Assembly (NCBI GenBank): GCA_965214495.1
Contig: OZ243958.1
Coordinates: 405,989-469,988, forward strand
Source: Alphaproteobacteria bacterium
GTDB lineage: Bacteria > Pseudomonadota > Alphaproteobacteria > UBA7887
DNA length: 64,000 nucleotides
Direction: 5' to 3'
Shown: in pieces, positions 30,301 through 42,892 of the stretch
Layout of the letters: the number at the start of each line of letters is the position of its first letter
How positions within the stretch are numbered: position 1 is the stretch's first letter
Notes under the pieces: model-generated
Seen by the model: the letters and a program-made list of their open reading frames with translations, nothing else
Told to the model about the DNA's origin: nothing
Database searches by the model: none
Made by a program: the position numbers and the translations under genes

Positions 30301-33300
30301 TGTTTCCCGACACCGACGGCGAGCCGGACGAGCGGTTCTACGTCGCCGTCACGTCGGATTGGCAGGACTCCGAGGCGATCCGCCTGAACTCGGCTCCGGC
30401 CACCATTCGGAACGACGACCTCTCCATGCTGAGCCTGTCCGCTGCGCCGAACCCGGTGGACGAGGACGACGGTCCGGCGGTGGTGACGGCGACGCTGAAC
30501 GAGCCGGCGCCGGAGGGCGGGGTCACGGTGACGCTGGCCGAGGCGAAGGATGAAGACGACGAGCCGCTCGGCAGCGCCGCCCTCGACACCGACTGGTCGC
30601 TGCCGTCGCCGGCCACCATCTCCATCGCGGCGGGCGAGACGAGCGGCGAGGCGAACGTCGCCATCACCAACGACTCCCTGGACGAGCCGGACGAGACCAT
30701 CGTCCTCACCGCCACCACCGGTGCGCCGCTGGACCTCACCGCGCCCGACCTCACCGTCACCATCGACGACGACGATCCCGAGCCCACCGCCTCCATCGCC
30801 ATCACCGCCGAAGAGGCGAGCGTCACCGAGGGCACGGACTCCGAGGTGTCGGCCACCATCGGTCTCGACGCCGCCAGCGCGAGGAGGGTCAAGGTGGGCT
30901 GGTCGACGAACAGTGGCACGGCGAGGTCCGACTCGGACTACACCGGCTCGGGCAGCGTGCTGACGTTCGCACCGGGCGAGACGACGAAGACGGTCACGGT
31001 TCCCATCCTCGACGACGACAAGTACGAGCCGGAGGTGGAGACGTTCACGATCTCTCTGGATCCCGATGTACCGAACTCGAATGCGCAGCTCCACGCGACC
31101 GATACGAGCGTCACGGTGATGATCACCAGCGACGACGCGGCGCCGGTGATCGCGCTCGCGGCGCAGACGGTGGGCGAGGGTGCGGGGGCGACGACGCTGG
31201 CGGTGACGCGCAGCGGGGACGATCTGAGCGTGGCGTCGAGCGCGAGTTACACCTTCACCGACGGGACGGCGACGGGGAGCGGGACGGACTACACGGGGAC
31301 GGACGGGACGGTGAGCTTTGCGGCCAACGAGACCGCGGCGACCATCCGCGTCACCATCGTGCAGGACACACGGTGGGAGGACCCCGACGAGACCTTCACG
31401 GTGACGTTGAGCGCGCCGAGCGGGGCGACGCTGGACCCGGAGACGCCGGTGACGATGACGATCACGGACGACGACGCGGAGCCGGTCGCGGTAAGCATTC
31501 CCGACGCGAACCTGCGCGCGGGGCTGGAGGCGGCGCTGGGCAAGAGCGCTGGCGACACGATTACGGACGCCGAGTTGGCGGGTCTGACGAAACTCGAAGT
31601 GGAGGCGGCGGAGGGAGCGGCCGAGAGCGCGAAGGTGAGCGACCTGACGGGGCTCGCTTACGCGGTCGGCCTGCGGACCCTGGACCTCACCCGCAACGCG
31701 CTCGAGAGCGACGACCTGACCCACATCGCCGGGCTGAGCGCGCTGCGCAACCTGTTCCTGGAATACAACGCAATCAGCGACGTGTCGTCGCTGAAAGACC
31801 TGACGGGGTTGCGCGACCTGCGGCTATACGACAACGACGTCACGGACATCGAGCCGCTGGTGGAGAACACGGGGCTGGGCAGCGGAGACTCCGTCGATCT
31901 GCGCATCAACAGCCTCGATTACCCCTCGGTCAACACTCACGTGCCTGCTCTGACGGGCCGGGGGGTGACGGTGAATTTCTTTGACCGGACGCCGACGACG
32001 CTGACGGTCGTCTCCGGCGACGATCAGGCGGGTCCGGGGGGCGAGGCGCTGGCGGCTCCGTTCGTGGTGCGAGTGGATGACGAGGACGGGGACCCGTTCG
32101 AGGGCGTGCCGGTGACGTTCACGGTCACCGCGGGCGGGGGGACGCTGGACGACGAGACCGACACCGAGACCCCGGTGGTCGTCGCGACGGACGCCGCGGG
32201 CGAGGCGGAGGCGACCCTGACCCCGGGCACGACCGTCGAGACCAACACGGTTCAGGTGACGGCGGCGGAGATCGCGGACGCCGCGACCTTGACCGCGACG
32301 ACGAACGACGTGCCGACGCTATCCATCGCCGACCAGACGGTGGCCGAGGGTGCGGGGAGCACGACGCTGACGGTGACGCGGACGGGCGATCTCAGCGGGA
32401 CCTCGAGCGCGAACTACGCCTTCGCCGACGGCACCGCGACGGGCAGCGGGACCGACTACACGGGGACGAGCGGGACGGTGACCTTCGCGGCCACCGAGGG
32501 CAGCAAGACCATTCCCGTCACCATCGTTCAGGACACGATCGACGAAGGCGCGAGTGAAGCGTTCACGGTGAGTCTGAGCAGTCCGAGCGGCGCGATTCTG
32601 GGCGATGCGGAGGCCGCGATCAGCATCGCCGACGACGACACGCGGGGCGTCACGGCGAGCGAGTCGGCGCTGACGATGACCGAGGCGGACGGGACGGGGG
32701 CCAGCTACACGGTGGTGCTCGATTCGCAGCCGACGGACGATGTGACGGTGGCCATCGGCATCGAGGACGGCTCCGGCAACCTGCTGACCGACCACGACCT
32801 GACCATCGGCCCGTCGGCGACGCTGACCTTCACGACAAGCGATTGGGCGACGGCGCAGACGGTGACTGTGACGGCCGGGGAAGACACGGACACGACGACC
32901 GACACGGCGACGCTGACGCATGCTCCGACCGGCGCCGACTACACGGGGGTGACCGGCCCGGAGGTGACGGTCACGGTCACCGACGACGATTTCACCGTCA
33001 CGGGCGCCGATTCTTCGCCGGCGCCCACGGTGGTCGGTGACGACGTTACCGCCACGGTCGGCGGCACGAACGTGAAGTTGACGCTGCCGAGCGGTCACGG
33101 CGTGGGCGCCGTCACCTTTTCCGTGCCGACGCCGACGGTCGCCGCACCCGCCGGCGTGACCTTTGGGGACGATCCGGCCTATGTGGACATCGACCTGGGC
33201 ACGGCGATGCTCTCGTCGGACGCCACGGTTTGCCTCGCCGAGCCGAGCGGGCTGTCGGGCACGCTCGAGCTCTATCACCTCTCCGACGGCGGAACGGCGT

Positions 33301-36300
33301 GGACGGGGCTGGACGCCCCCGCCTCGACGCCGACCGGCTTCGTGTGCGGCGAGACGAGCGATTTTTCGAGCTTCGTGGTGGGCAAGCAGGACGAGGAAGA
33401 GGAGCTGACGCCGGGTCAGGTGACGGGGCTGAGCGCGACGCGGGCGTCTTTCGGCGCCGGGCGCTTTGTGGACCTGAGCTGGACGGCGCCGGCCGACGGC
33501 GGCGCGGTGGTGTCCTACGAAGTGCAGTCGCGGCGCGGGACGAGCGGCGAGTGGACCACCGCTGCGAGCGACGTCGAGGGAACCGCCTATCGCGCGGTAG
33601 GGATAAGCTTCGCCTATTATGAATACCGGGTGCGGGCGCTGAACGCCCACGGCGCCGGGGAGTGGTCGGAGGAGGCCACGGTCGGCACGCCGCCGCCTCA
33701 GGAGCCGGGCGCGCCGCAGAACCTCGCAGCGACGGTGAACAGCTCCAGCCGGGTCACGCTCGTCTGGGTCGCGCCCACGGAGACCTACGGTAACGGCGAT
33801 CCGATCCCGGTCACCGGCTACGTGATCGAGCGCGCCACCGGCGACGAGGGCGCCTTCCACAGCGTCGAGAACAACCATGCCGCCAGCCCTTATGTGGACA
33901 CGGGGCTGACAGCGGGCACGCGATACCGGTGGCAGGTGATAGCGTTCAACGACGCCGGCTTCAGCAATGAGTCGAACGTGGTAGCCGCGACGACGACCGC
34001 GAATCAGGCGCCGACGGGTTCCGTGACGATTACCGGCACGGCGACGCAGGGCGAGACGCTGACGGCGGACACCTCCGGCATCGCGGACCCGGACGGTCTC
34101 GGGACCTTCGCCTGGCAGTGGCATCGCGACGGCGCGGATATCTCCGAGGCGACGGGGTCGACCTACGATCTGGTGCAGGCCGACGTGGGTGCGGCGATCA
34201 CGGTGACGGTGAGTTGGACCGACGGCGGCAATACGGCGGAGTCGCTGACCTCGACCGCCACGGCGGCGGTGACGAACGTGAACGACGCACCGACCGGTGC
34301 GGTGACGATCACGGGCACGGCGACACAGGGCGAGACGCTGACGGCGGACACTTCCGGCATCGCGGACGCGGACGGTCTCGGGACGTTCTCCTACCAGTGG
34401 AAGCGCGACGGCACGGACATCCCCGGCGCGACGGCCTCCACTTACACGCTGGCGCAGGCCGATGTGGGTGCGGCGATCGCGGTGACGGTGAGTTGGACCG
34501 ACGGCGGCAATACGGTGGAGTCGTTGACCTCGGCCGCCACGGCGGCGGTGGCCGCCGCCGCCGCCGACGACGGGCCGTACGGGTTCACGCTTTCTGTGGA
34601 TCAGGCTTCGATCCCGGAGGGATCGACGACGACGGTGAGGGTGACGGCGGAGCTTGACACGGACGATCCGACGGCGGTTGCGCCTGCGGACATCGTCCTC
34701 ACGCTGGGGGTGGTGGATTTGTCGGCGGCGTTGGACACGGACTACGAGCTTCCTGCGACGTTGCCGACGTTGACGATCTCGTCCGGGTCTCGCGTCGGCA
34801 GCGTGGATATTGCGGTGACGGCGCTTCGCGATGCGGGCGACGATGTGCGCCAGTTCAACTTCGTGGTGGAGAGCTTCGCGGTGACGGGGGGCTTGACGCT
34901 GACCGCGCCGGACGGTGTGGAGACGGCGGCGAGCGGGTCGGCGACGGTGAGTATCGCGCCGACGGCGTCGCTTCCGGTGCTGACGCTGGATACGGGCAAT
35001 CCTGCGGTTGCGACGCGTGAGGGTGACGTGGAGGGTCGCCCGGTGACGCTGTCGGTGTCGCCTGCGGCGTCGGAGGCGCTGTCGGTGTCGATGGGCGTGG
35101 CGGCCGTTCCGTCGGGGAGCGTGGTGTGGTGCGTGGGCGCGGCAGCGGACTGCGTGGAGGATTGGGACCATGACGGGGATGGGGACACCGACCCCATTCG
35201 CCGGGTCAGGACGCCGGACAACGAGCAGGAGACGCACGAGGTCACGATCCCGGCGGCCGCGTCGCAGGCGACCTTCCATGTGTTTGCGGCGCATGACGAC
35301 GACGCGCAGGACGGCGCGGTGAGGCTAACGGTGAACGAGGCGTCCTCGACGCTGGGGGCGACGGCGCTTTCGGAGGCGATCTCCGACGGCGAGTTCGGGA
35401 GCGTGGTGGAGACGCGCAACGCGGTGTCTGTGGAGGACGACGATGAGGCGCTGGCGTGGTCGGGGACGGTGGGCGACCAGTGGTATCGGCAGGGTGTGGC
35501 GATCGCGAGCTTGAGGCTGCCCGCGGCGACGGGGGGCGTGGGCGCGATTACCTACACGCTGGAGCCGGCGCAGGGGCAGGCGTTCCCGCCGGGTCTGGGC
35601 TTTGCGGCCGGCTCGCGCACGCTCTCGGGGACGCCGGAGGCGGGGGGCGTCTGGACGCTGACCTATGCGGCGACCGACGGGGTGAGCACGGTCACGGACG
35701 AGATCAAGGTGACGGTGGCGGGCGCGGTGTTCGCGGGTGCGGACGATGTAGCGGTGACCGAGGAGGGGGCGACGGACAGCTACACGGTGGCGCTGGCGAC
35801 GCCGCCGAGAGGTTCGACGCCGGTGACGGTGACGGTGACGGTGGTGCGGGGCGACGCGGAGGCGGTCGTCGATACCGATGCGGACGCGGCGGGTTCGCAG
35901 AACACGCTGACTTTCACGCACGGCAACTGGGCGACGGCGCAGACGGTGACGGTGTCGGCGGGTGCGGACGCCGACGCCGACGACGAGCAGGCGGTGCTCG
36001 GCCACGGCTTTGCGGGGTTTGGCTACGCCGGCGTGACGGTTGCCGATGTGACGGTGGCGGTTGCCGACGACGACACGGCGGGGGCGGTGTTCGCGCCGTC
36101 GGCGCTGCCGTCGCTGACCGAGGGAGGATCGACGGACTACACGGTGGCGCTGGCGACGCGGCCGCCGGGCCCGGTGACGGTGCTGATCGCGAGCGACAAC
36201 GCCGACGTGACGGTGTCGCCGGCGTCGCTGGCGTTCGCGGTGGACGGTTGGGCCACCGCGCAGAGGGTGACGGTGACGGCGGGGCAGGACGCCGACGCTG

Positions 36301-39300
36301 CGGATGACGCGGCGGTGCTGAGGCACTCGTTCAGCGGGCAGTATGGGGCGGCGACGCAGGGGCTGGCGGTGTCGGTGACCGACGACGACACGGCGGGTCT
36401 GGCGTTCGACCCGGCATTGCTGGAGCTGTCCGAGGGCGGGACGGGGCAATACACGGTGGCGCTGGCGACGCAGCCGGCGGGTCCGGTGACGGTGACGGTG
36501 ACGAGCGGCGACACGGCGGCGGCGACGGTGTCTCCCGGCGAGCTCACCTTCACGACCGCCGATTGGGACACGGCGCAGACGGTGACGGTGACGGCGGTCG
36601 AGGACGACGACGCGCAGGACGAGACGGTCTCGCTCGACCATGCGGTCACGGGTTATGCCGGCGTAGCCTCGGCGTCGTTGCTGGTTGCGGTGGCCGACGA
36701 CGAGACCGCGGGCGTCACCCTGGACACTTCGGGGCTGGCCGGGTTCGGGGAAGGCGGCGATGCGACCTGGACGGTCGTGCTTGACACGCTGCCGAGTGCG
36801 TCGGTGACGGTGACGCTGGAGTTGACCGGCGACGGCGACCTGTCGGTGGATCGGACGGCGCTGAACTTCACGACGGGCAATTGGGACACGCCGCAGACGG
36901 TGACGGTGAGCGCGGCGCAGGACGCCGACCTGACGGACGATACCGGACAGGTCGTCCATACCGCCGCCGGGGCGTCGGAATATGCCGGGCTGGAGGCGAC
37001 GGCGGCGCTGAGCGCGGCGGACGACGACAGTGCGGCGCTGGTGCTGAGCGCGAGCGCGCTGACGCTGCTGGAGGGCGGCGACGGGCAGTCGTGGACGGTG
37101 AAGCTGAACGCGCAGCCCTCGGGCGCCGTGCGCGTCGCCATCGCCAGCGACAATGCGGACGTGACGGTGAGCACGGCGGTGCTGGCCTTCACGACGAGCG
37201 ACTGGAACAGCGCGCAGACGGTGACGGCGCGCGCGGCGCACGACTCCGACGCGACGAACGACACGGGGGTGACGCTGACCCACACCGCCCACACCGCTGC
37301 CGTGGGCGGCTTCGACGGGGTGACGGCGGCGCTGTCGGCGTCGGTGACGGACCGGGCGCCGTCTCTGGCGATCGGCGCGGCGTCGGTGTCGCCGTCCGAG
37401 GGCGGGCAGGCGTCCTACACGGTGAAGCTGGGGACGCGGCCGTCGGCGACGGTGTATGTGGCGGTGGGGCACAGCGGCGACGCCGACATCCAGGCTGCCC
37501 CGGCGAGCCTGGAGTTCCGGCCCGACGACTGGAACGCGGCGCAGACGGTGACGGTGCGCGCGGCGCAGGACGCCGACTTCGTGGACGACGCGGCGGTGCT
37601 GACGCACACGGCGAGCGGCGGCGCCTATGCGGGTCTGGCCGGCGAGAACGTGGCGGTGAGCGTGACGGACGACGACGCGCCGGGTGTGTCGGTGGCGGGT
37701 TCGACGACCGACGACGCGTCGGTGACGGTGGCTGAGGGGGCGGCGGAGTCGGCGTTCTACAGCGTGGTCCTGACGGCGCAGCCGACGGACGCGGTGACGG
37801 TGTCGGTCTCGAAGAGCGGCGGTGCGCGGGTCGTGGCGCTTCCGTCGTCTCTGAAGTTCACGCCGGCGACGTGGAACATCGCGCAGCAGGTGGGGGTGTT
37901 TGCGCGCGCCGACGCGAACGGGGTGGACGAGACGGCGGTGCTGAGCCACAGCGCGTCGGGCGGCGGCTATGGCGGGGTGGACATCCCGTCGGTGGATGTG
38001 TCGGTGACCGACGACGACACGCCGGCGCTGACCTTCGCGCCCTCGGCGTTGGCGTTCGACGAAGGCGGCGAGAGCGCATACGAGGTGAGCCTTGCGACGA
38101 AGCCGACGGTGTCGGTGACGGTGTCGGTGTCGAGCGACAACGACGAGGTGACGGTGGACACCGACCCGGACACGGCGGGCGAACAGGACAGGCTGACCTT
38201 CACGGCGAGCGACTGGGATACGGCGCAGACGGTGACGGTTCGGGCGACGCCGGACGCGGACGCGGCGGACGACACCGCGGTGCTGTCCCACGACGCCGGC
38301 GGGGGCGAGTATGAGGACGTGTCGGGCGATGTGTCGGTGAGCGTGACCGACGGGATCGTCCCCGGGGTGGTGGTGAGCGCGACGGAACTCGATGTTGCTG
38401 AGGGCGGGACGGGGACCTGGACGGTGCGTCTTGCGACGCCGCCTTCGGGCACGGTGACGGTGACCGTGTCGAGCGACAATGCCGATGTCACGCTTGGGCA
38501 GGCGGCGGCGGACGGGACGCGGAGCCTGACGTTCAACGCGAACAACTGGTCGAGCGCGCGCGAGGTGCGGGTTCGGGCGGCGCAGGACGACGATGCGGTG
38601 GACGACACGGCGATGCTGTCTCATGCGGTGTCGGGCTACGGTTCGGTGACGAGCGGTCCCGCTGTGACGGTGACGGTGACCGACAACGACGAGGCGGGGG
38701 TGACGATCTCGCCGCTGGCGCTGGATCTGACGGAGGATGCGTCCGGCGGCGGCAACGAGGGTTCCTACACGGTGGTTCTCGACTCGCAGCCGACGGCGCC
38801 GGTGACGGTGACGGTGGCGAGCGACAACGCCGATGTGACGGTGTCGCCGGCGAGCCTGAGCTTCACGACGACCGACTGGGCGACGCCGCAGGAGGTGGCG
38901 GTGACGGCGGCGCAGGACGCCGACGCGGCGGACGACACGGCGGTTCTGTCCCATGCGGTGTCCGGCTACGGGGCCGGCGACGAGGCGGTGACGACCGGCC
39001 CCGCAGTGTCGGTGAGCGTGACGGACGACGACACGGCGGCGCTCGTGTTGTCGGTGTCGTCGCTGTCGTTCGAGGAGGGCGGCGCGGCGCAGGACTACAC
39101 CGTGGCGCTGGCGACGCAGCCGACGGCGACGGTGACGGTGGCGGTGACGAGCGACAACGCCGACGTGACGGTCGCGCCGGCGAGACTGACCTTCACGACG
39201 GGCAATTGGGCGACGGCGCAGACGGTGACGGTGACGGCGGCGGCGGACGCCGACGCGGCGGACGACACGGCGGTGTTGAGCCACGCGGCGAGCGGCGGCT

Positions 39301-42300
39301 ATGACGAGGCGGCGGGTTCGGTATCGGTATCGGTGACCGACGACGACGCGGCGCTGGTGGTGAGCGCGACCGAGGTGTCGGTGTCGGAGGGCGGCGTGGC
39401 GTCGTGGACGGTGAAGCTGGCGGCGGCGCCGAGCGGCCCGGTGATGGTGGCGGTCGAGCGCAGCGGCGACAGCGACGTTGCGTTCTCGCGGACGAGCCTC
39501 GAGTTCACGACGCTGAACTGGGACTACGAGAAGGTGGTGACGGTCGAGCCGGCGCAGGATGCGGACGCGGTGGACGATGTGGCGACCTTCACCCACACCG
39601 CCTCCGGCGGCGAATACGACGATGTCGCGCCGGTGGACGTGACGGTGACGGTGGACGACGACGAGACGCCGCCGGTTACGGGTGTGACGGTGAGCGCGAC
39701 CGCAGTGGCCGTGGATGAGGGCGGTTCGGGCAGCTATACGGTGGTTCTCGACTCGCAGCCGACCGGGACGGTGACGGTGACGAGCGGCAACGCCGACGTG
39801 ACGGCGGCGCCGGCGAGCCTGGCCTTCACGACGAGCGACTGGGATACGGCGCAGACGGTGACGGTGAGCGCGGCGCAGGACGCCGACCACGCCGACGACG
39901 CGGCGGCGCTGACGCACGGGGTGAGCGGCTACGGGACGGTGACGGCCGGCCCCGACGTGTCGGTGTCGGTGACGGACGACGACGCGCCGGCGCTGGTCCT
40001 CTCGGCGTCGAGCCTGACGGTGGCCGAGGGGAGCACGGCCAACTACACGGTGGCGCTGGCGACGCAGCCGGCCGGGACGGTGAGCGTCGGCATCGCGAGC
40101 CGCGGCAGCGACGGCGATGTGACGGTGGCCCCGGCGAGCCTGACCTTCACCGCGAGCGACTGGAACAGTGCGCAGACGGTGACGGTGAGCGCCGCGCAGG
40201 ACGACGACGGCATCGCCGAGCGGGCGACGCTGCGCCACCGGGTTGAGGGGTATGGCCCCGTCGTGTTCTCGGAGACCCTCGTGGTGGATGTGACCGAGGC
40301 CGACGCCGACGCGGTGGTGGTTACGGCGGACGACCCGCTGGCGGTGGCCGAAGGCGGCGAGGCGGCCTACACGGTGAAGCTCGCGACGCGGCCTGCCGGC
40401 GGGGCGGAGGTGACGGTGACGCCGGGCGTGAGCGGCGACGCCTCGGTGACGGTGTCGCCGTCTGTGCTGACCTTCACCACCGGCGACTGGAACGTGGCGC
40501 AGACGGTGACGGTGAGCGCGGCCGAGGACGACGACGGCGAGAGCGGCGCGGCGACCGTGAGCCACGCGGTCGCGGGCTACGGCAGCGTCGAGACGGGGCC
40601 GGACGTCCCGGTGACGGTGACGGACGACGACGCGCCGGGCGTCCTGGTGAACGGTTCGACAAGCGACGCGACGCTGGAGGTGACCGAGGGCGCGTCCGGC
40701 TCCTACACGGTGAGGCTGTCGTCGCAGCCGTCGGGCGCGGTGACGGTGACGGTGACGAGCGACGATACCGGCGTGACGGTCGATACCGACGCCGGCACGA
40801 CCGGCGCTCAGGACGAGCTCACCTTCACGACGAGCGACTGGGACACGGCGCAGACGGTGACCGTGAGCGCCGCCGAGGACGACGACCACACCGGCGAAAC
40901 GGCGACGCTGACGCACGCGGTGAGCGGCTACGGTTCGATATCCGGCGGCCCCGAAGTGTCGGTGAGCGTGACCGACGACGACACGCCCGCGCTGGTGCTG
41001 TCGCTGTCGTCGCTGTCGTTCGACGAAGGCGATGCGGCGCAGGACTACACCGTGGCGCTGGCGACGCAGCCGAGCGGCACGGTGACCGTGACGGTGACGA
41101 GCGACAACGCCGACATAACGGTCTCGCCGTCGAGCCTGAGCTTCACGACGACCGACTGGAACACCGCGCAGACGGTGACGGTGAGTGCGGCCTCGGACGA
41201 CGGCGTAGCGGACGATACGGCGACCTTGACGCACAGCGCGAGCGGCGGCGGCTATGGCGGGGTGAGCGCAGCGGTGTCGGTGTCGGTGACCGACCACGAC
41301 GCGGCGCTGGTGCTGGGCGCCGCAGGGCTGACGGTGGCCGAGGGCGGCTCGGACGGCTACACGGTGGCGCTCGCCGCGCGGCCGAGCGGGACGGTGACGG
41401 TGACGGTCGCGGTCACCGGCGACGTCGACATAACGGTCTCGCCGTCGAGCCTGAGCTTCACGACGAGCGACTGGAACGTGGCGCAGACGGTGACGGTGAG
41501 CGCGGGCGAGGACGACGATGGCGCCGACGGCGTGGCGTTCGTCCACCACCACGTCGCCAGCGGCGGCTATGACGGTCTCGCGCCGGTCACGATAGGGGTG
41601 ACGGAGAGCGACGACGACGGCGGCCTGACCTTCGGCAAGACCGCGGTGGAGAATCTGGCCGAGGGCGGTTCGGACACCTACACGGTGGCGCTGGGCGTGC
41701 AGCCGGGCGGCAATGTCGAGGTGGCGATCGCCCACAGCGGCGACGGCTCGATCGCCGCCAGCCCGACCGTGCTGCGCTTCACCGCCTCCGACTGGAACGT
41801 GGCGCAGACGGTGACGGTGAACGCGGCGCAGGACGCCGACGGCGAGGACGACGAGGCGGTGCTGACCCACACCGCTTCCGGCAGCTTCTATGACGGCGCC
41901 GGGGACGTCACGGTGACGGTCGCCGACGACGAGACGCCGGGGGTGACGGTGACGCCGACGGGCCTGAGCCTGAGCGAGGGCGGTGAGGCGAGCTACACGG
42001 TGAAGCTGGACACGCAGCCGCTGCAAACGGCGACGGTGACGGTGTCCGCGACCGGCGACGCCGACATCGGCTTCGACACCGAGGCCGCCACCGCCGGCGA
42101 CCAGACGACGCTGAGCTTCACCGCGACCGACTGGAGCGTGGCGCAGACGGTGACGGTGCGCTCGGCGCGCGACGCCGACACGGCCGACGACGCGGCGACG
42201 CTGACGCACACGGTCGCGGACTACGACAGCGGCGACGCGTCCGGCGTTCATCCGGTGACGGTGACGGTGACCGACGACACGCGGGCGCTGGTCTTCTCGT

Positions 42301-42892
42301 TGTCGGCGCTGGAGATCGACGAGGGCGGGTCGGGTTCCTACACGGTGCGGCTGGCCAACGGGCCGCCGACCGGGTCGGTCGTCGTGGCGATCGCGAGCGA
42401 CGACGCCGACGTGTGGACGGTGCAGAAGAACCTGGTCTTCACGACCGCGAACTGGGAGACGGCGCAGACGGTCGCGGTGCAGGCGGGCGAGGACGCCGAC
42501 GCGGAGGCCGACGAGGCCGCTCTGACGCACACCGCGAGCGGCGGCGGCTTCGACGGCGTGACCGGGGTCGTGACCGTCGCCGTGGCCGACAACGACACGC
42601 TGCCGGCGGCGCCGGCCGACTTCACGGCGACGCCGCGGGACGGCGAGGTCGCGCTGAGCTGGGACGCCCCCGCGCCGGCGGACGCGGTGACCGGCTACGA
42701 GTGGCGCCGGGACGGCGGCTCGTGGACCGCCATCGCGAACAGCGCCGACCTGACGAGCCACACGGTCACCGGGCTGACCAACGGGACTGCCTACAGCTTC
42801 GGTCTGCGGGCGGTGAACGCCAGCGGCGCCGGGGCGGCAGCGACCGCGACCGCGACGCCGCAGCCGAAGCCGGGACAGGTGACGGGGGTTGA
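24318..42892 (+). CDS. Giant autotransporter adhesin, fragment 3 of 4 (frame 0; about 6,190 codons): Calx-beta, FN3 x2, duplicated 130-aa block, LRR region, Big-like and cadherin-like repeats, and about 22 tandem 100-aa modules of the ...[26 protein letters not shown]... family.
   Basis: ORF 24318..43289. The two FN3 modules are ...LSWDDPGDSSIEKYQIRQW...YSFRIRAVNATGDG. The LRR stretch is at 31500-31900 (LTGLRDLRLYDNDVTDIEPL). Sense ends at a G5 run at about 42890 and continues in frame 1. Confidence 0.75.
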
